Positions 22,382-33,930 of a DNA stretch of 64,000 nt are shown here, piece after piece (position 1 is the stretch's first letter; each line of letters opens with the position of its first letter). Source of the DNA: Bryobacterales bacterium (GTDB lineage Bacteria > Acidobacteriota > Terriglobia > Bryobacterales > UBA6623); contig OY729428.2 in assembly GCA_963422375.2 (NCBI GenBank), positions 96,001 through 160,000 on the forward strand. Reading direction: 5' to 3'. The position numbers and the translations under genes were made by a program. The notes under the pieces were generated by a model. It was not told the origin of the DNA. It did no database searches and worked only from the letters and a program-made list of their open reading frames with translations.

Positions 22382-23302
22382 TCACGCCGGACGGGCGATG
22401 GCGAAATTTCTATACTTGCCGACGGTAATCCGGTGGCTCCGGTATACCTCAACGATGCCCACGGCGTGCAGGGCCGATCGGTCCGGCTCGGATGCTTGGG
22501 TCTTGGCCATCGCGAGCACGGAGCGCACCACGTCGACGCCGAGTGGGCAGTTCCAGAGGGGCCAACTGAACGCGGTGGTTCGTCCGCTCCCCATAAATCC
22601 GGTGGTTTCCAGTCGCTTCCCGTTCGGTGCCGTTGGAAGCAGTGGAAGCGCTTCGACCGCGAGTCGATTCGCCCCGCGCATCGTGGGGACGCCATCGCCG
22701 TCGGACGGATTGGCCCAGCACAGAGCGTGTCACCGATCCTCTTGTGGGTCCCAGCGAAGGCCTAGCTTGCGGTCCGAGTAGGTCCAAGTCTCGAACAATA
22801 ATCGACGCAGGTCGCAGGTGGCCGTCTCCTTTACCAGTTGCTTCATCGTGCCGAGAAAGTGCTGATGTCCGGACCCGCTCATGGTTCGGAGCGCGGTGTC
22901 CTGAATGATCTTGCCGTCGCCGGCCTCCAGCGCATCGCAACCGAATGCCGCCATAAAGTCGGCGTGGACTCGCTCCCGGGGCGAAGCGCAATGTTGGGCT
23001 TTGTGGGCTACTTTACGGAATTGTTTGGGGCTGACAGCTAGGTTCTTGTCGAAATCAAATTCCGGCGTTTCTCGCGCAAGAGCCGATGCGAGCAATTCGA
23101 CCAATTCTTCGGGGGGGATGCCCCGACTGGTCACCAGTTCGGGGGACCAGATCGCGCCGTGCGAGAGCCACTTCATGCGCCAGCCGCAGTACGGCTTGGC
23201 CAACGTTGCCGTTCGCAACGTCCCCACCGCAGCCAGGAATCCCAGCGGATTACTTCCATCCAAGCCGCTCAGCAACAGCCTCGGACTTTCATCCCTCGGC
23301 AT
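22382..23302 (-). pseudogene. cas8: Type I-G Cas8 (Cas8u2/Csb3-like) with one in-frame nonsense codon
   Basis: GLDGSNPLGFLAAVG, SGSGHQHFL, LRWDP.EDR*H...GANRLAVEALP...F.WPLW. TGA at 22730-22732 is in frame with the downstream part. Confidence 0.8.
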
Positions 23303-26300
23303 CGTGCGCCTCCTCCCATTCGCTCCGCCGCCAGTCGGCTAGGCGCAGCAGCGCTTCGAGGTACGCCAGCCCCCACCAACCGTAGCGCCGCGTCAGGCGC
23401 CAGTAGCGATCCGCGATACCGGAATTGAGACGTTCGAGGCCGGTCGGGCCGGACCAGCGCAGGCGATAGCCGCGCAGCTCGAACGCGACCTGTGGGGCTG
23501 CCTCGTCGTTCACGACCGGCGCGAATGGGCGGCACTGCCCGTGATGGCTGGCGACGAGGTGCAGCACTAGGTCGCGCAGGTCTTCGTCCCGGGGCAGTAT
23601 CGCCGGCACCGACTCGGCCAGACGCACCGACAGCAACTCATGCCTGCCTCCCTCGGGGTATCCCGCAGACTCGCGGGCACGGCGGCGCGCGGCGCGGGTC
23701 TTCGGCATGTGCGGGAACTTGGCTAAGAGGTCGAGGTCGCTCACCCACCAAGGCGACCCGCCACGCAGCAGGGACTGGAATCGGGAATCGGCCTTCCCGA
23801 CATCGTGCAGCAGCCCGGCGCGGGCGACGGCCTCGACCAATGGGTCCGGCAGCCCGCAGCCGACGGCATGTCGCCGCGCAAACGCTTCCACGCCGGGAAG
23901 GTGGGGTTGAAGCGGCACGGGCCTGCCGTCGCGATGCGCGGTGCCGGATGCCGAGGCGTCGTCCTCGTCGCTGAAGGCATCGGCCTCGCCGGTGAGCTCC
24001 GGGATTCGGCAGCGACCGGCGAGCACCAAGGAGCCCTCGCCGGTCATCCGGCACTCGCGTCGCAGGCTGCGGACGCTAGGGAATTCGCCGGCAAGCTCCC
24101 GGGCAGCTTCCGTCAGCCAGTTCCATCCGGCCGGGGCTTCGGATGCCGCCAGCGCTGCAAGGAGATTGCACAGGTTCTCGGCGAGTCCGTCCGGGTCCTC
24201 CTCGTACCGCTGTTCGAGATTCTCCAGCAGTGTCAAGGCGGTCGTCTTGGCCGGAAAGCTGTCCGGCCAGGAGGAAACGAGAGCGTTGTGGAGTCTGAGT
24301 ATCGGCTTGGCGCGGGCGATGGGTATGAACGGTCGCCGACATCCAGCAGGGCGGGGTTGGGATCCGCGTCCTGATCGAGCACGAGATCGCCGAGTGCGCG
24401 CCAAGGCCCGGGATGGCGGGTCGGAATCGCGATCACGTCGCCGGGGCGAATGTCGTTCGGCGTCGAGGTGATGTCCTCCGGGCCGGTCTGCCTGCCGCGC
24501 CAGCGGACGACCCGTTGGTCGGCCTGCTTGTGGGTTTCCGAGCGGACCGACGCCGACACTTCTTCCGCACCCGCTTCGCCTTGGTAATCGGCATGAGGTA
24601 TGTCGGCGCTCGAGTCTTCGGTACTTCCGTCGCCAGCCAGCCAACGCTTGAACACGCTGATCGGCACAGGCAGCGTTTCGCCACTGCTCGGCGGGCACAG
24701 GTTCAGGGAGTCGAGCGCGGTGCGCTAGATTTCCTCGCTCGAAAGATCGATGTCGGCGCGCCAGCAGACCTGCACGTCGGGTGCGCCTTGCTGCGGCCCA
24801 CGTAGGAAGGACGCCACATCCGGCGAAGGGCGAGGCTCGGGGGAAGTTTGCGCCCAGCAATCGACATGGGCGGGCAGCATCACCGGTGCGGATTTTGCCG
24901 GGGCGTTCAGCGCGGCGAGCGCTTTCCCATCCAGATCCGCCACCAGCTTCTCCATGGCGGCGATGCCGAAATCGACCTTGCCGTTCGCATCCTTGTTTTG
25001 TTTCAGCCACTTCCAAGTTTCACTCAGGGCCTTGCCATAGACCGGATCCTCCTTGTCCCCCCGCTTTGGTCTGGCTTGCTCGGCGCGGATGACGATCACG
25101 GCGCAGCACTCGATGTCGCGTCCCATCCGGTTCAGTCTTCCGAAGCGCTGCCGGAGGGCGTCCAGGCTTGCGCACTCGGTCACAAGCCCGTCGAAGTCTA
25201 GGTCCGCGCCGACTTCCAGAGTCTGAGTGGCGACGACGACTACTGGCTTCTCCAGTGTTCGGTCAGTGGATTGGCCTGAATGAAGCTGTAAACGGCGCAG
25301 CCGATCGCCGATGGCCTGCCTGTCCACCGCCCGCATGCGCCCCGTGAGCAAGACGGATTCCACCTCCGGCACCGAGGAATTCCCCAGCAACCCGTGGGTC
25401 ATCCGAGCCGTCGCAACCCGGTTGGCGAAGACGACGATCGCTCGCCGCTGTCCGTTCAACAGCCTTCGGGCGGCAGCGGCCAACGTTTTCGCCAGCTTGC
25501 CGGTGCCCTCGGTCTTCGGGGTTCTTGGATCAACCAGCTCGGCGGGTTTCACCGCTAATTGGCGTCGGCCGAGCCGATGGTGCGGGTCGCGTCCCTCGCC
25601 GGAGCAGTCCCGGAATATGCGCACGGCCCTTGGCGGGGGCGTAGCGGACATCACCACCGGGTAGAAGCAGTGGTCGAGGGGTTCCTCCGCCCAGTCGCGA
25701 TACCTGCGCACGGCTTGCAGGGTTTGCAGGAACGGCTGCGCACAATGCGCTTCGTCGAGCAGGATGAGACTGTCGTTGGCGATGAGCCCCGCGTACACGG
25801 GCCACGTCCCAGGCCCCCGCCCGTAGGCACGGAACAGCAAGCGCGAGCCGATCTGATCGACAGTGGAGGCGATGACGGTGGGTTGCAGCGGATTTCGCGC
25901 CCAGGCTTCCGAGCGGTACATGCCGCCGCGCAGCGAATGCACAACGAGGGGACGCTCGCCGCCCGCATCTGTCATTCCGCCGCTCGCGAGGCACTGCAAG
26001 CGGTCCGCCACCGTCTTCAGGATGCCGTCCTTCGCGCATTCGAGCTTGGCAGCCAGACATCGCGCGCGTTCGTAGGCTTCGTCCACGATGATCCGCCGGT
26101 CCACCACAAAGAAGATCCGTCGTGGTGCTGCGATCACTCTGCGCGGCCCGAGAGATGTACGCTGGGCGCGGACGGCAAGGGCGAAGACGGCGATGTCGAT
26201 ACAGGACGTCTTGCCGGAGCCGGTCGGCAGGACAATCGCGTCCGGCCAGGATTGGAATTCCTCATCGCTACCGGATGGTCGGCAATCGGTTCGGCCGTCG

Positions 26301-26423
26301 CTGCGGAGCGAAGTACACAACACCTTCTCTGTCAATGCGGATTGCCATGCGAATGGCGTTGTGTTTGTCCCCCAGAGTTCAGTGAAGTATTCGGCGAAGT
26401 CAGAGTGCTCGAGCTTTGCAATT
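23289..26423 (-). pseudogene. cas3: Type I-G Cas3 (SF2 helicase plus C-terminal HD nuclease), disrupted
   Basis: PFAWQ, LPTGSGKT, VVDRR, STVDQIGSRLLFR, DEAH, ATQTLEVGADLD, QRFGRLNR, then HD part LHDVGK, RHE, ASHHG, RLAD. Start removed by the IS at 26424, in-frame TAG at 24725, frameshift near 24322. Confidence 0.92.
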
Positions 26424-27450
26424 CCTGATTACCCACAAGACTCAGCCAAGGTTAGGAGACGGTAAGGCATGGGCGGGGTGCGCACGGAGGCGTGGAGCAG
26501 GCGGGGGACCAGCGCCTCCAGGTCGTAGCGGCGGTTGAAGCGGTAGCGGAACTCGGCGAGGTACCGCGGCAGGTGCTTGCCGTCGAGCGCATGGCAGGTT
26601 CCCGCCAGGGACTGCTTGACGTTCGCCAGCATCGTGTTGACCCGGACGAAGCGCGAATCCCCGCAGCTCCGCTGCCCGCCCCCGGTGACGGTCGGCACGT
26701 GCTCGCAGCCGGCGCCGGCCACGCCCCGCAAGCAGGCCGGGCCGTCGGCATGCACCTCCGTGCCGGGCTGCAAGTGCCGCCCGGCCCACGCTGCCAGCGT
26801 CTTCTTGCGCAAGCCCGTCACGCTGGCCACGCTGCTCATGCGCATCCTTGCCGGCTTGCCGGCGGCGGTGACCTGCACGGCGGCGACGAACGGCGTCTTG
26901 CCCGCCGCGCTGCGACCGCGCTGGCCCCCGCTCCGCTCCCCGCCCCAGTAGGCATCGTCCACCTGCACGATGCCGCCCGGCGGCACGCGCTCGTCGCGCT
27001 CCTTCATCACTTGCAGGAGCTTGTGCTGCACCTTCCAAGCCGTGTTCCGGCTCACGCCCAGCTGCCGCGCCAGTTCCAGCGACGAAACGCCGTGCTGGCC
27101 CTGCGTCAGCAGGTGGAGCGCCAGGAACCAGACGGTCAGCGGCAGCTGGGTGGCGGCGAAGATCGTGCTGGCGACGAGGGAGGTCTGGCGGTGGCAGAGC
27201 TTGCGGGAGCGGATGCGGCAGTGCCGTCGGGAGCCGCACTCCGGGCAGCGGCCGCCGGCCGGCCAGCGGGCGTTGAAGACGGCGTGCTCGCATTGCCCCT
27301 CGCTGCCGTAGCGCTGCAGGAACTTGCCCGGACTGAGTCCCTTCTGGCATTGCACGCGATTGCGTTTCAGCTGCTAGCCCCTTTCCTAGCAGAGATTTCC
27401 GACCTCCTCCAGTATAGCATATCCTCGGCTGACGTTCGTTGGTAATCAGG
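26424..27450 (-). mobile_element. IS1595-family element (type B), second copy, inverted
   Basis: Same CCTGATTACC IRs as 16781..17823. Transposase frame 26429..27355 is open but the original ATG is lost. No TSD. Confidence 0.92.
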
Positions 27451-27452
27451 TA

Positions 27453-28986
27453 GGGAATTATATATCTGAGTGCCGACAACGCCATATCCGACTAGAACTG
27501 CTGTGAGCAGGGAGGTGGGTGTCGAGCTGGGGTCATTCGAGTGCGGCCGCGGCGGGCACAGAGGGGTGGGGGGGTGGGATCGTATCTGAATCGAGCCTGC
27601 CAGCGGATTGGACGAGGAAGGGACTAGAGAGGCCGCCTCGCCTGCCCCGGTTGCCCCGCTGGAACCCGGTTGGCGGTGGCAGGGCACCCCTTGCAAGCCG
27701 ATTGCAGGCCTTGCGAGGGCCGAAGACAGCGGATCCCCGGCGCTCGACGGCCTGCATGGACGGTCCGGACCGGACCGGGGTCGCACCGGGGCATTCCGCA
27801 TCCGGTGCGCCCCTCGTACCGAGCGTGAAGCGTACCGAGCGTGCAGCGCGCGCCCGCAGCGGGCTGCCGCGCTCGGCGCGGCGGGCGCCGCTCGGGCCGC
27901 GACCGCGGCCTGGCCGGTCAGCTGCCGGCAGGTCAGCGTCCGGCCGACCAAGCCCCGCGCCATGCGCCGCATCCGTTCCGCCGTGTCGCAGTCGCGGTCG
28001 TTGCGCCGTCCCGCGAACTCCGTGAGGTAGCGGCCGAGATGACGGACGCTCATCCGGTGATAGGTTCCGTACAGGCCGCGCTCGAACAGGGACCCAAACG
28101 ATTCGATGCCGTTCGTATGCGCCGCCCCGCGCACGTACTCGCCGCCGGAGTGCCTGACGGCTTCGTGCGCGAACTCCTCCATGCCGGCGCAGGCCGCCGC
28201 CTCGTCGGAGCGGACCTGCGCGCCCGGCGCGACCCGGCCGCGCACGAAGCCCTGCAGGTCGCCCTTGGTCGTGCCCGGCAGCGGCCGCGCGGCCACTGCG
28301 TTCGTGGCGCGGTCCCGCGCCCCCGCCACCGGGGTCTTGCCGACGGGCCCGCGCCCGGCACGGGCCTTCTTGCTCTCGTGCTGGTTGCGTTCCTTGCCGC
28401 CGACGCAGGTCTCGTCCACCTCCACCGGGCCGGCGAACGGGCCCCGATCCCGCTCCCGGCACGCGCGGATGCGGTGCGCCAGGTGCCGGGCCGACTTCCG
28501 GCTGATGCCCGGGTCGCGGTGCAGCTTCATGCTCGAGACGCCCTTGATGCCGGTGGTCAGCAGGAACAGGGCGACGGCCCGGGTGCGGTAGCCGAGCTTG
28601 GTGTCGGCCGTCACGCTGCCGGTGCGCACCGAAAAGCGCTTGCCGCAGCCGCGGCAACGGTACGGCATCGAAGGGTGGGCCGCGTCGGACTGCACACTGG
28701 AGCCGCGGCAGCGGGGGCACGCGGGACCGTCCGGCCAGCGCATGGAGGCGAACCACTTTTCCGCGGATTCGTCATCGGCGAACATGGCGATCACTTCGAT
28801 CAATGTGATGCCTTTACGGAACCACTTTCCGGGACCTTGTTTCTTCATTTACGGTATCCCATACTGGAACTATTCTACCAAGAAACACCACAGAATATCA
28901 ACGGAAATTCGGAAGAAATATGAAATCTTATAATAGCTTGATAATTTGCCGACTTGATTCCCTAGGCACTCAGATATATAATTCCC
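27453..28986 (-). mobile_element. IS1595-family element (type A), full-length copy
   Basis: IR GGGAATTATATATCTGAGTGCC at both ends. Transposase from 28848 with VEVDET, RSDE, HTNGIESF, YLTEF. Confidence 0.92.
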
Positions 28987-28989
28987 TAT

Positions 28990-30903
28990 TCGATCCCGGA
29001 GAGCTCCTCCAAGCGGTCGATATCGAAGTAGCGGTACAGGTCGAGACAGAACAGATCCGGCGCGTCCAGGTGCCGCACCGGGGCGTCCAGCAGATGTCGG
29101 AGGCTCGCCGCGCCCTCGCTGCTGACCACGTCGGAAAACAGGCGAGGGGCCAAGGCTGCCGCAGCCAGCGCGGCGACCTAGCTCCGGATCCCGTAGGTTT
29201 CCAGCCGCGTGCCCGGGCCGAACCAGTGCGCCAGCGCCACCAGCTGGGCCACCTCGACTCCCAGCGGTCGCGCTCCCACAGCCGCGAGCAGCTGCACGTT
29301 GCGCTCGGGAGCGCGGCCCGGGAGAGTGGCGTCACCGGTGAATATCAGGTCCGCGGCGAGCACGCGCTCGCCGCGATTGACCCGCTGCGCCACGGCGGCA
29401 GCTGCGGCCGCCTTGCCGCCGTCGTGCAGGACGATTCTCGACGGTCGGCCACGAGCGGGCCCGTCCCTCGCCTGCAGCACGACGCCTGTCGGCGAAGTCA
29501 ATCCGATAGGACCGGGTGTCGATCCCCTTGCTGCGCGTGCCGGACAGGAACCAGGCCCTCTCGACTTCGACCGGCTCGTAGCGCAACGTGTCGCGCAGCA
29601 AGCTGCGCTGCCCGGCCGCCCACGATCTGCGCGCCGCGGCCTCGGGCGGGATTTCGTCCCGCTCGACGCGGTCCGCGAGAAGCCTGGCGATTCCCAGAAT
29701 CGTCAGATTGCCCGGGGGCGGCCCCACGGCCAGCTCCCCAGCCGTCTTGAGTTCGCGGCCGGCCGGGGTCTCGGCGTCGACCGGAGCCAGGCCGAAGCGG
29801 CTCGCGAAGAACCGGAGCGCCTGCAGCCGGTTGTCGGCCTGGTAGTTGTGGTCACCCGGGTCGAAGTTCTCGTGAAAGAGGAAGTCCTCGGCAGTCCCGA
29901 ACAGATCCCACACCGGCAGCAGGGCGTCGTAGGTCGCCGGCTTCACGCGGTGGGAGCGGAAGATGTCCTCTGCATTGTGGATCTGCAGCAGGGGCCGGGG
30001 GGCAACCAAGGCCGTGAGGTGGGTGTACTCGAACTCGGCTAGGAGGTCCGTGCCCTTCTGCTCCCAGTCCCCGACGTCCCCGGGCCCGAAGTCTTCGAGA
30101 CGCGACACGAGAGAGGAGTGGCCCGCGACCGGCACGGCCGCACGGACCCTCTCGTCCAGCGCGCTCAGCAGAATCGTCTACCAGCCTCCCCCCGAAAGCC
30201 CCGTCATGCCGATGCGCTTCCGGTCGACGTCGGGATGGGCATGCAGGTAGTCGAGGCCCCTCTTCGCGGCGAGGTAGAAGAGACCGATCCCGTTGGCGCC
30301 GACCAAGTCGAGATGCGCCCCGAACCAGTGCTGGTTTTGCGAATGTTCCAATTCGCCGAAGTAGAGCCACTCCAAGTTGAGGGCGTAGATGCCGCGCTTG
30401 GCTTGGTTGATGCAGCGCTTCTGCTTGTACTCGATATCCTTGCCCCGGCCGTAGATGTGACCGTTGACGTTGAGCACGGCGGGAGCGAGCAGACGCGCGC
30501 TCTCCGGCTCGTACAGGAGAGCCGGAACGCGAAGTTCGGGAATCACCTCGAGCCGGAGCTTGCGGATCCTGTAGCCCGGACCCGCGCCGTCGACCCAGCC
30601 GCGCTCCTCCGCAACGAGGGGACGGTCCACCCACTCGTCCGGCCAGCCGTTCAGGACCGTTTCTAGGATCCTCGCGCGGATCTGCCGCGAACTCGCGCTC
30701 CATTCCTCCGCCGTCGCCGGTGCCGGCGGTTCGGGCACGCGGGCCATCAGATAGCGGCTGAGCTGATAGCCCACGACCTCCTGCGAGATCAGCGGCTGCT
30801 CGAGGATCGGCTCGAGGTTTGACGCGGTCGTCTGAGCGAGTCCGGGCGCGGCGAGCGCCGCAAGGACGATGGGCAGCCGGAACCGGGATCGCTGGCCAAG
30901 CAT
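28990..30903 (-). pseudogene. Secreted alpha/beta hydrolase (acetylxylan-esterase-like), broken
   Basis: Signal peptide, PAVLNVNGH, nucleophile elbow GMTGLSGGGW*TI (TAG at 30178 where Gln is expected). Further frameshifts near 29480-29330. Cut by the IS at 28986. Confidence 0.75.
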
Positions 30904-30984
30904 TGGCCAGACTATATCGATTCCAGCCGACCCTCTGCGCAGCTATAATTCGAACGGGCCCGCCCAAGCGCCCGGAGGTTTCCA

Positions 30985-32118
30985 GTGACCAAGACGAAAC
31001 TCGCGCGCGCCGTCCTTGTTGCAGCATTCACGCTGGCCGCGGCGGCCGCGTACCAAGCGACCAAGACCGAGGCGATGATGGCGGACGCGGCGAACCGGCT
31101 GCTCGAGTCGCTGGACCGCATGCAGCGCATGGGCACGGTGTTCTCCATGGACGCGGCGGAGCGCACGAACTGGCACTACTTCCCGGAGCCCGGATTCGCC
31201 GATGAGTACGGCTACGTGCGCAACGGGATCACATTCAAGGACATGGACGCCAAGCAGAAGCACCTCGCCTACGCGCTGCTGAGCACCGGTCTCGGACGGG
31301 CCGGATTCGTCAAGACCATGAACGTGATGGCGCTGGAAGAGGTCGTCCGGGCGATCGAGGACGACCGCACCGGCTATCGCGACACCGAGCGGTTCCATTT
31401 CACCGTGTTCGGAACCCCGACCATGACCGGGGACTGGGGCTGGAGGGTCGAGGGCCATCACGTGTCCCTGCACTACACGATCCGGAACGGGGAGCTGGTC
31501 GCGGCCAGCCCGACCTTCCTCGGCGCGAACCCGCACGACGTGCCGCAGGGCCCGCACCAGGGCATGCGCCCCCTCGAGCGCGAGGAAGACCTAGCCCGGA
31601 CGCTGCTCAAGTCGCTGGGCCCCGAGCAGCGGGGCGAGGCGATCTTCGACCCGCAGGCGCCCTACGACATCGTGACGATGGCCGACAAGCGCGCGCGGCT
31701 CGACGGCGCCCCGCAGGGCCTCCCGGCCTCTTCCATGACCGACGTGCAGTACGAGGGCCTGCTGGGCCTGATCGCCGAGTACGCCGGCACCATGCCGCCG
31801 GAAATCGCCGCGCGGAGGATGAAGGCCGCCCGCGCGACGCCCCGCGAGGAACTGTTCTTCGGCTGGGCAGGCGACATCGAGCGCCCCGATGCCAAGCCGA
31901 TCGAGATCGGCAGCAAGACCACCGAGAACCGGCACCTGGCCGGGAACTACTACCGCGTCCAGTCGCCGAGCTTCCTGATCGAGTACGCCAATACGCAGAA
32001 CCAGAGCAACCACAGCCACGCGGTGTGGCGGAACTTCGAAGGGGACTTCGGCTACGACGTGCTGGCGGCGCATTTCCGCGGCGACAGCCACGGCGACGGC
32101 ACGGCCTTGGCCGACTGA
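30985..32118 (+). CDS. DUF3500-family exported protein
   Basis: Signal peptide, WHYFP, WGWRVEGHHVSL, PTFLGANP, YYRVQ.P.FLIEY.NTQN..NH.H.VWR. Confidence 0.85.
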   Translation: MTKTKLARAVLVAAFTLAAAAAYQATKTEAMMADAANRLLESLDRMQRMGTVFSMDAAERTNWHYFPEPGFADEYGYVRNGITFKDMDAKQKHLAYALLSTGLGRAGFVKTMNVMALEEVVRAIEDDRTGYRDTERFHFTVFGTPTMTGDWGWRVEGHHVSLHYTIRNGELVAASPTFLGANPHDVPQGPHQGMRPLEREEDLARTLLKSLGPEQRGEAIFDPQAPYDIVTMADKRARLDGAPQGLPASSMTDVQYEGLLGLIAEYAGTMPPEIAARRMKAARATPREELFFGWAGDIERPDAKPIEIGSKTTENRHLAGNYYRVQSPSFLIEYANTQNQSNHSHAVWRNFEGDFGYDVLAAHFRGDSHGDGTALAD

Positions 32119-32207
32119 CCGATGCGGGCCGCCAGCAGAAACCGATTGGCGCCCTTGTGCGAAACTCGGGTTAACCGAGAGCTGCGCCGGCGGCTCCGGC
32201 CGCCCCG

Positions 32208-33416
32208 ATGCAGCCGCTGCGATTCGAGCGAGCCCGCGCCGTCGTGTTCGAGCGCCTAGGGGAGCTGGGACGCAGCCCCGCGACCGAGTCGGTGCCTCTC
32301 GACGAGGCACTGGGAAGGATCCTGGCGCGCGACGTGCTTGCGGACCGCGACTACCCGCCGTTCAACCGATCGGCTCGGGACGGCTTCGCCGTTATCGCGT
32401 CCGACGTGGCCCAGGTACCGGCGACCTTGGACCTGATCGGCGAGACCCGCGCGGGCGAGCCGTCGCGCTTCTCGCTGCGGCCCGGCCAGACCGTGGAGAT
32501 CATGACCGGAGCGCCCGGCCCGCGCAACGCGGACGCGGTGGTGATGGTCGAGCATTCGAGCCGCGCCGGCGAGAGAGTCACGCTGGGCAGGTCGGTCGCC
32601 TCGGGGCGCAACCTGATCATGGCGGGCTCCGAGGCGCGGCGGGGGCAGGTCGTGCTGCCGAAGGGCCGGCGGATCGGATACCCGCAGATCGCGCTCCTCG
32701 GTACCGTCGGCTGCGCCGAGGTGCCCGTCTGCAGGCGGCCGGAGGTCGCGATTCTCTCCACGGGGGACGAGGTCCTGCCCGTCGACGCCCGGCCCGAGCC
32801 GTACCAGATCCGCAATTCCAACGCCCACTCCCTCGCCGCCCAAGTGCGCCGCCGCGGAGGGCGCCCGCGCATCCTGCCCGTTGCCAGAGACACGCTGGCC
32901 GAGACGAGGAGGCTGGTCGAGGACGGGCTGCGCAGCGACGTGCTTCTGCTGTCCGGAGGCGTCTCGATGGGCAAGCACGACTTGGTGGAGGAAGTGCTGG
33001 CCTCCCTCGGCGCGGAGGTCTTCTTCTCCGCCGTCCGCATCCAGCCCGGCAAGCCGCTCGTGTTCGCGCGGGCAGGCGGCACGCCGGTGTTCGGACTGCC
33101 GGGCAACCCCCTGTCGACCATGGTCACGTTCGAGGTCTTCGCCTCGATCGCGGTCGACCTGCTGGGCGGGGCCGCAGCCTCCCCGCTGCGGTTCCGGCGC
33201 GCACGCCTGGGAATGCCGTTCCGGCACAAGCCGGTCCTGACCCGCTTTCTCGGGGCGAGACTGGAGGGGGACTACGCCGACACCGTCGTGCGCCCGGACC
33301 GGGGCCAGGGGTCGGGGGACGTGGCGGCCTTCGCCCGCGCCGAGTGCCTCATGGTCGCCTCGGACCGGCGCGCCTCGTGGGAGGCCGGGGACTGGATCGA
33401 GGTGATGCGGCTTTGA
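32208..33416 (+). CDS. moeA: Molybdopterin molybdotransferase
   Basis: PPFNRSARDGFA, IMTGAP, STGDE, SGGVSMG, QPGKP, GLPGNP. Confidence 0.95.
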   Translation: MQPLRFERARAVVFERLGELGRSPATESVPLDEALGRILARDVLADRDYPPFNRSARDGFAVIASDVAQVPATLDLIGETRAGEPSRFSLRPGQTVEIMTGAPGPRNADAVVMVEHSSRAGERVTLGRSVASGRNLIMAGSEARRGQVVLPKGRRIGYPQIALLGTVGCAEVPVCRRPEVAILSTGDEVLPVDARPEPYQIRNSNAHSLAAQVRRRGGRPRILPVARDTLAETRRLVEDGLRSDVLLLSGGVSMGKHDLVEEVLASLGAEVFFSAVRIQPGKPLVFARAGGTPVFGLPGNPLSTMVTFEVFASIAVDLLGGAAASPLRFRRARLGMPFRHKPVLTRFLGARLEGDYADTVVRPDRGQGSGDVAAFARAECLMVASDRRASWEAGDWIEVMRL

Positions 33417-33916
33417 GCGTCCTGACCCATTTCGACGAGGCCGGGGCAGCGTCCATGGTCGACGTCGGATCGAAAGGGCACACGCGGCGCTCCGCGACGG
33501 CCCGCGCGTTCGTCCGGATGCGGGCGGACGTGATCGCGGCCCTGCCGGTCAATCCGAAGGGAAACCCGCTCGAGGTGGCGCGCATCGCCGGGATCCAGGC
33601 CGCCAAGAGGACTTCCGAACTGATCCCGCTGTGCCACCCGCTGGCGCTGACCCATGCCGACGTCTCGACGGAAACGCTCGCCGACGGCGTGGCGATTACC
33701 GCCACGGCCTCGACGCTCGGACCGACCGGGGTCGAGATGGAGGCCATGACGGCGGCCGCGGTGGCCGGCCTCACGGTCTACGACATGTGCAAGGCGCTCG
33801 ACAAGGGCATCGAGATTCGCGAGGTCATCCTGCTCGAGAAGACCGGCGGGAAGACCGGCCGCTACGTCCGCGGGGACGGCACCCGAGCCGCCCCTGCCGA
33901 CGGCGCCCGAGACTGA
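33413..33916 (+). CDS. moaC: Cyclic pyranopterin monophosphate synthase
   Basis: LTHFD..G.A.MVDV, LIPLCHP, TGVEMEA, YDMCKA, EKTGGK. TTG start overlaps the moeA stop. Confidence 0.95.
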   Translation: MSVLTHFDEAGAASMVDVGSKGHTRRSATARAFVRMRADVIAALPVNPKGNPLEVARIAGIQAAKRTSELIPLCHPLALTHADVSTETLADGVAITATASTLGPTGVEMEAMTAAAVAGLTVYDMCKALDKGIEIREVILLEKTGGKTGRYVRGDGTRAAPADGARD

Positions 33917-33930
33917 GGGTGGCACGACCG

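Noticed and set aside
16781..27450. Composite transposon or CAST carrying the cas genes between inverted IS1595 copies
   Set aside because: The left copy has its own TSD and splits a gene, the right copy destroys the cas3 start, and there are no tnsABC/tniQ genes.
24725..30180. Amber (TAG) recoding suggested by in-frame TAGs in cas3, the hydrolase and IS1380
   Set aside because: The expected residues differ (Gln, Trp, Tyr), the same genes also carry frameshifts, and intact genes such as gltA and the TonB receptor end properly at TAG.
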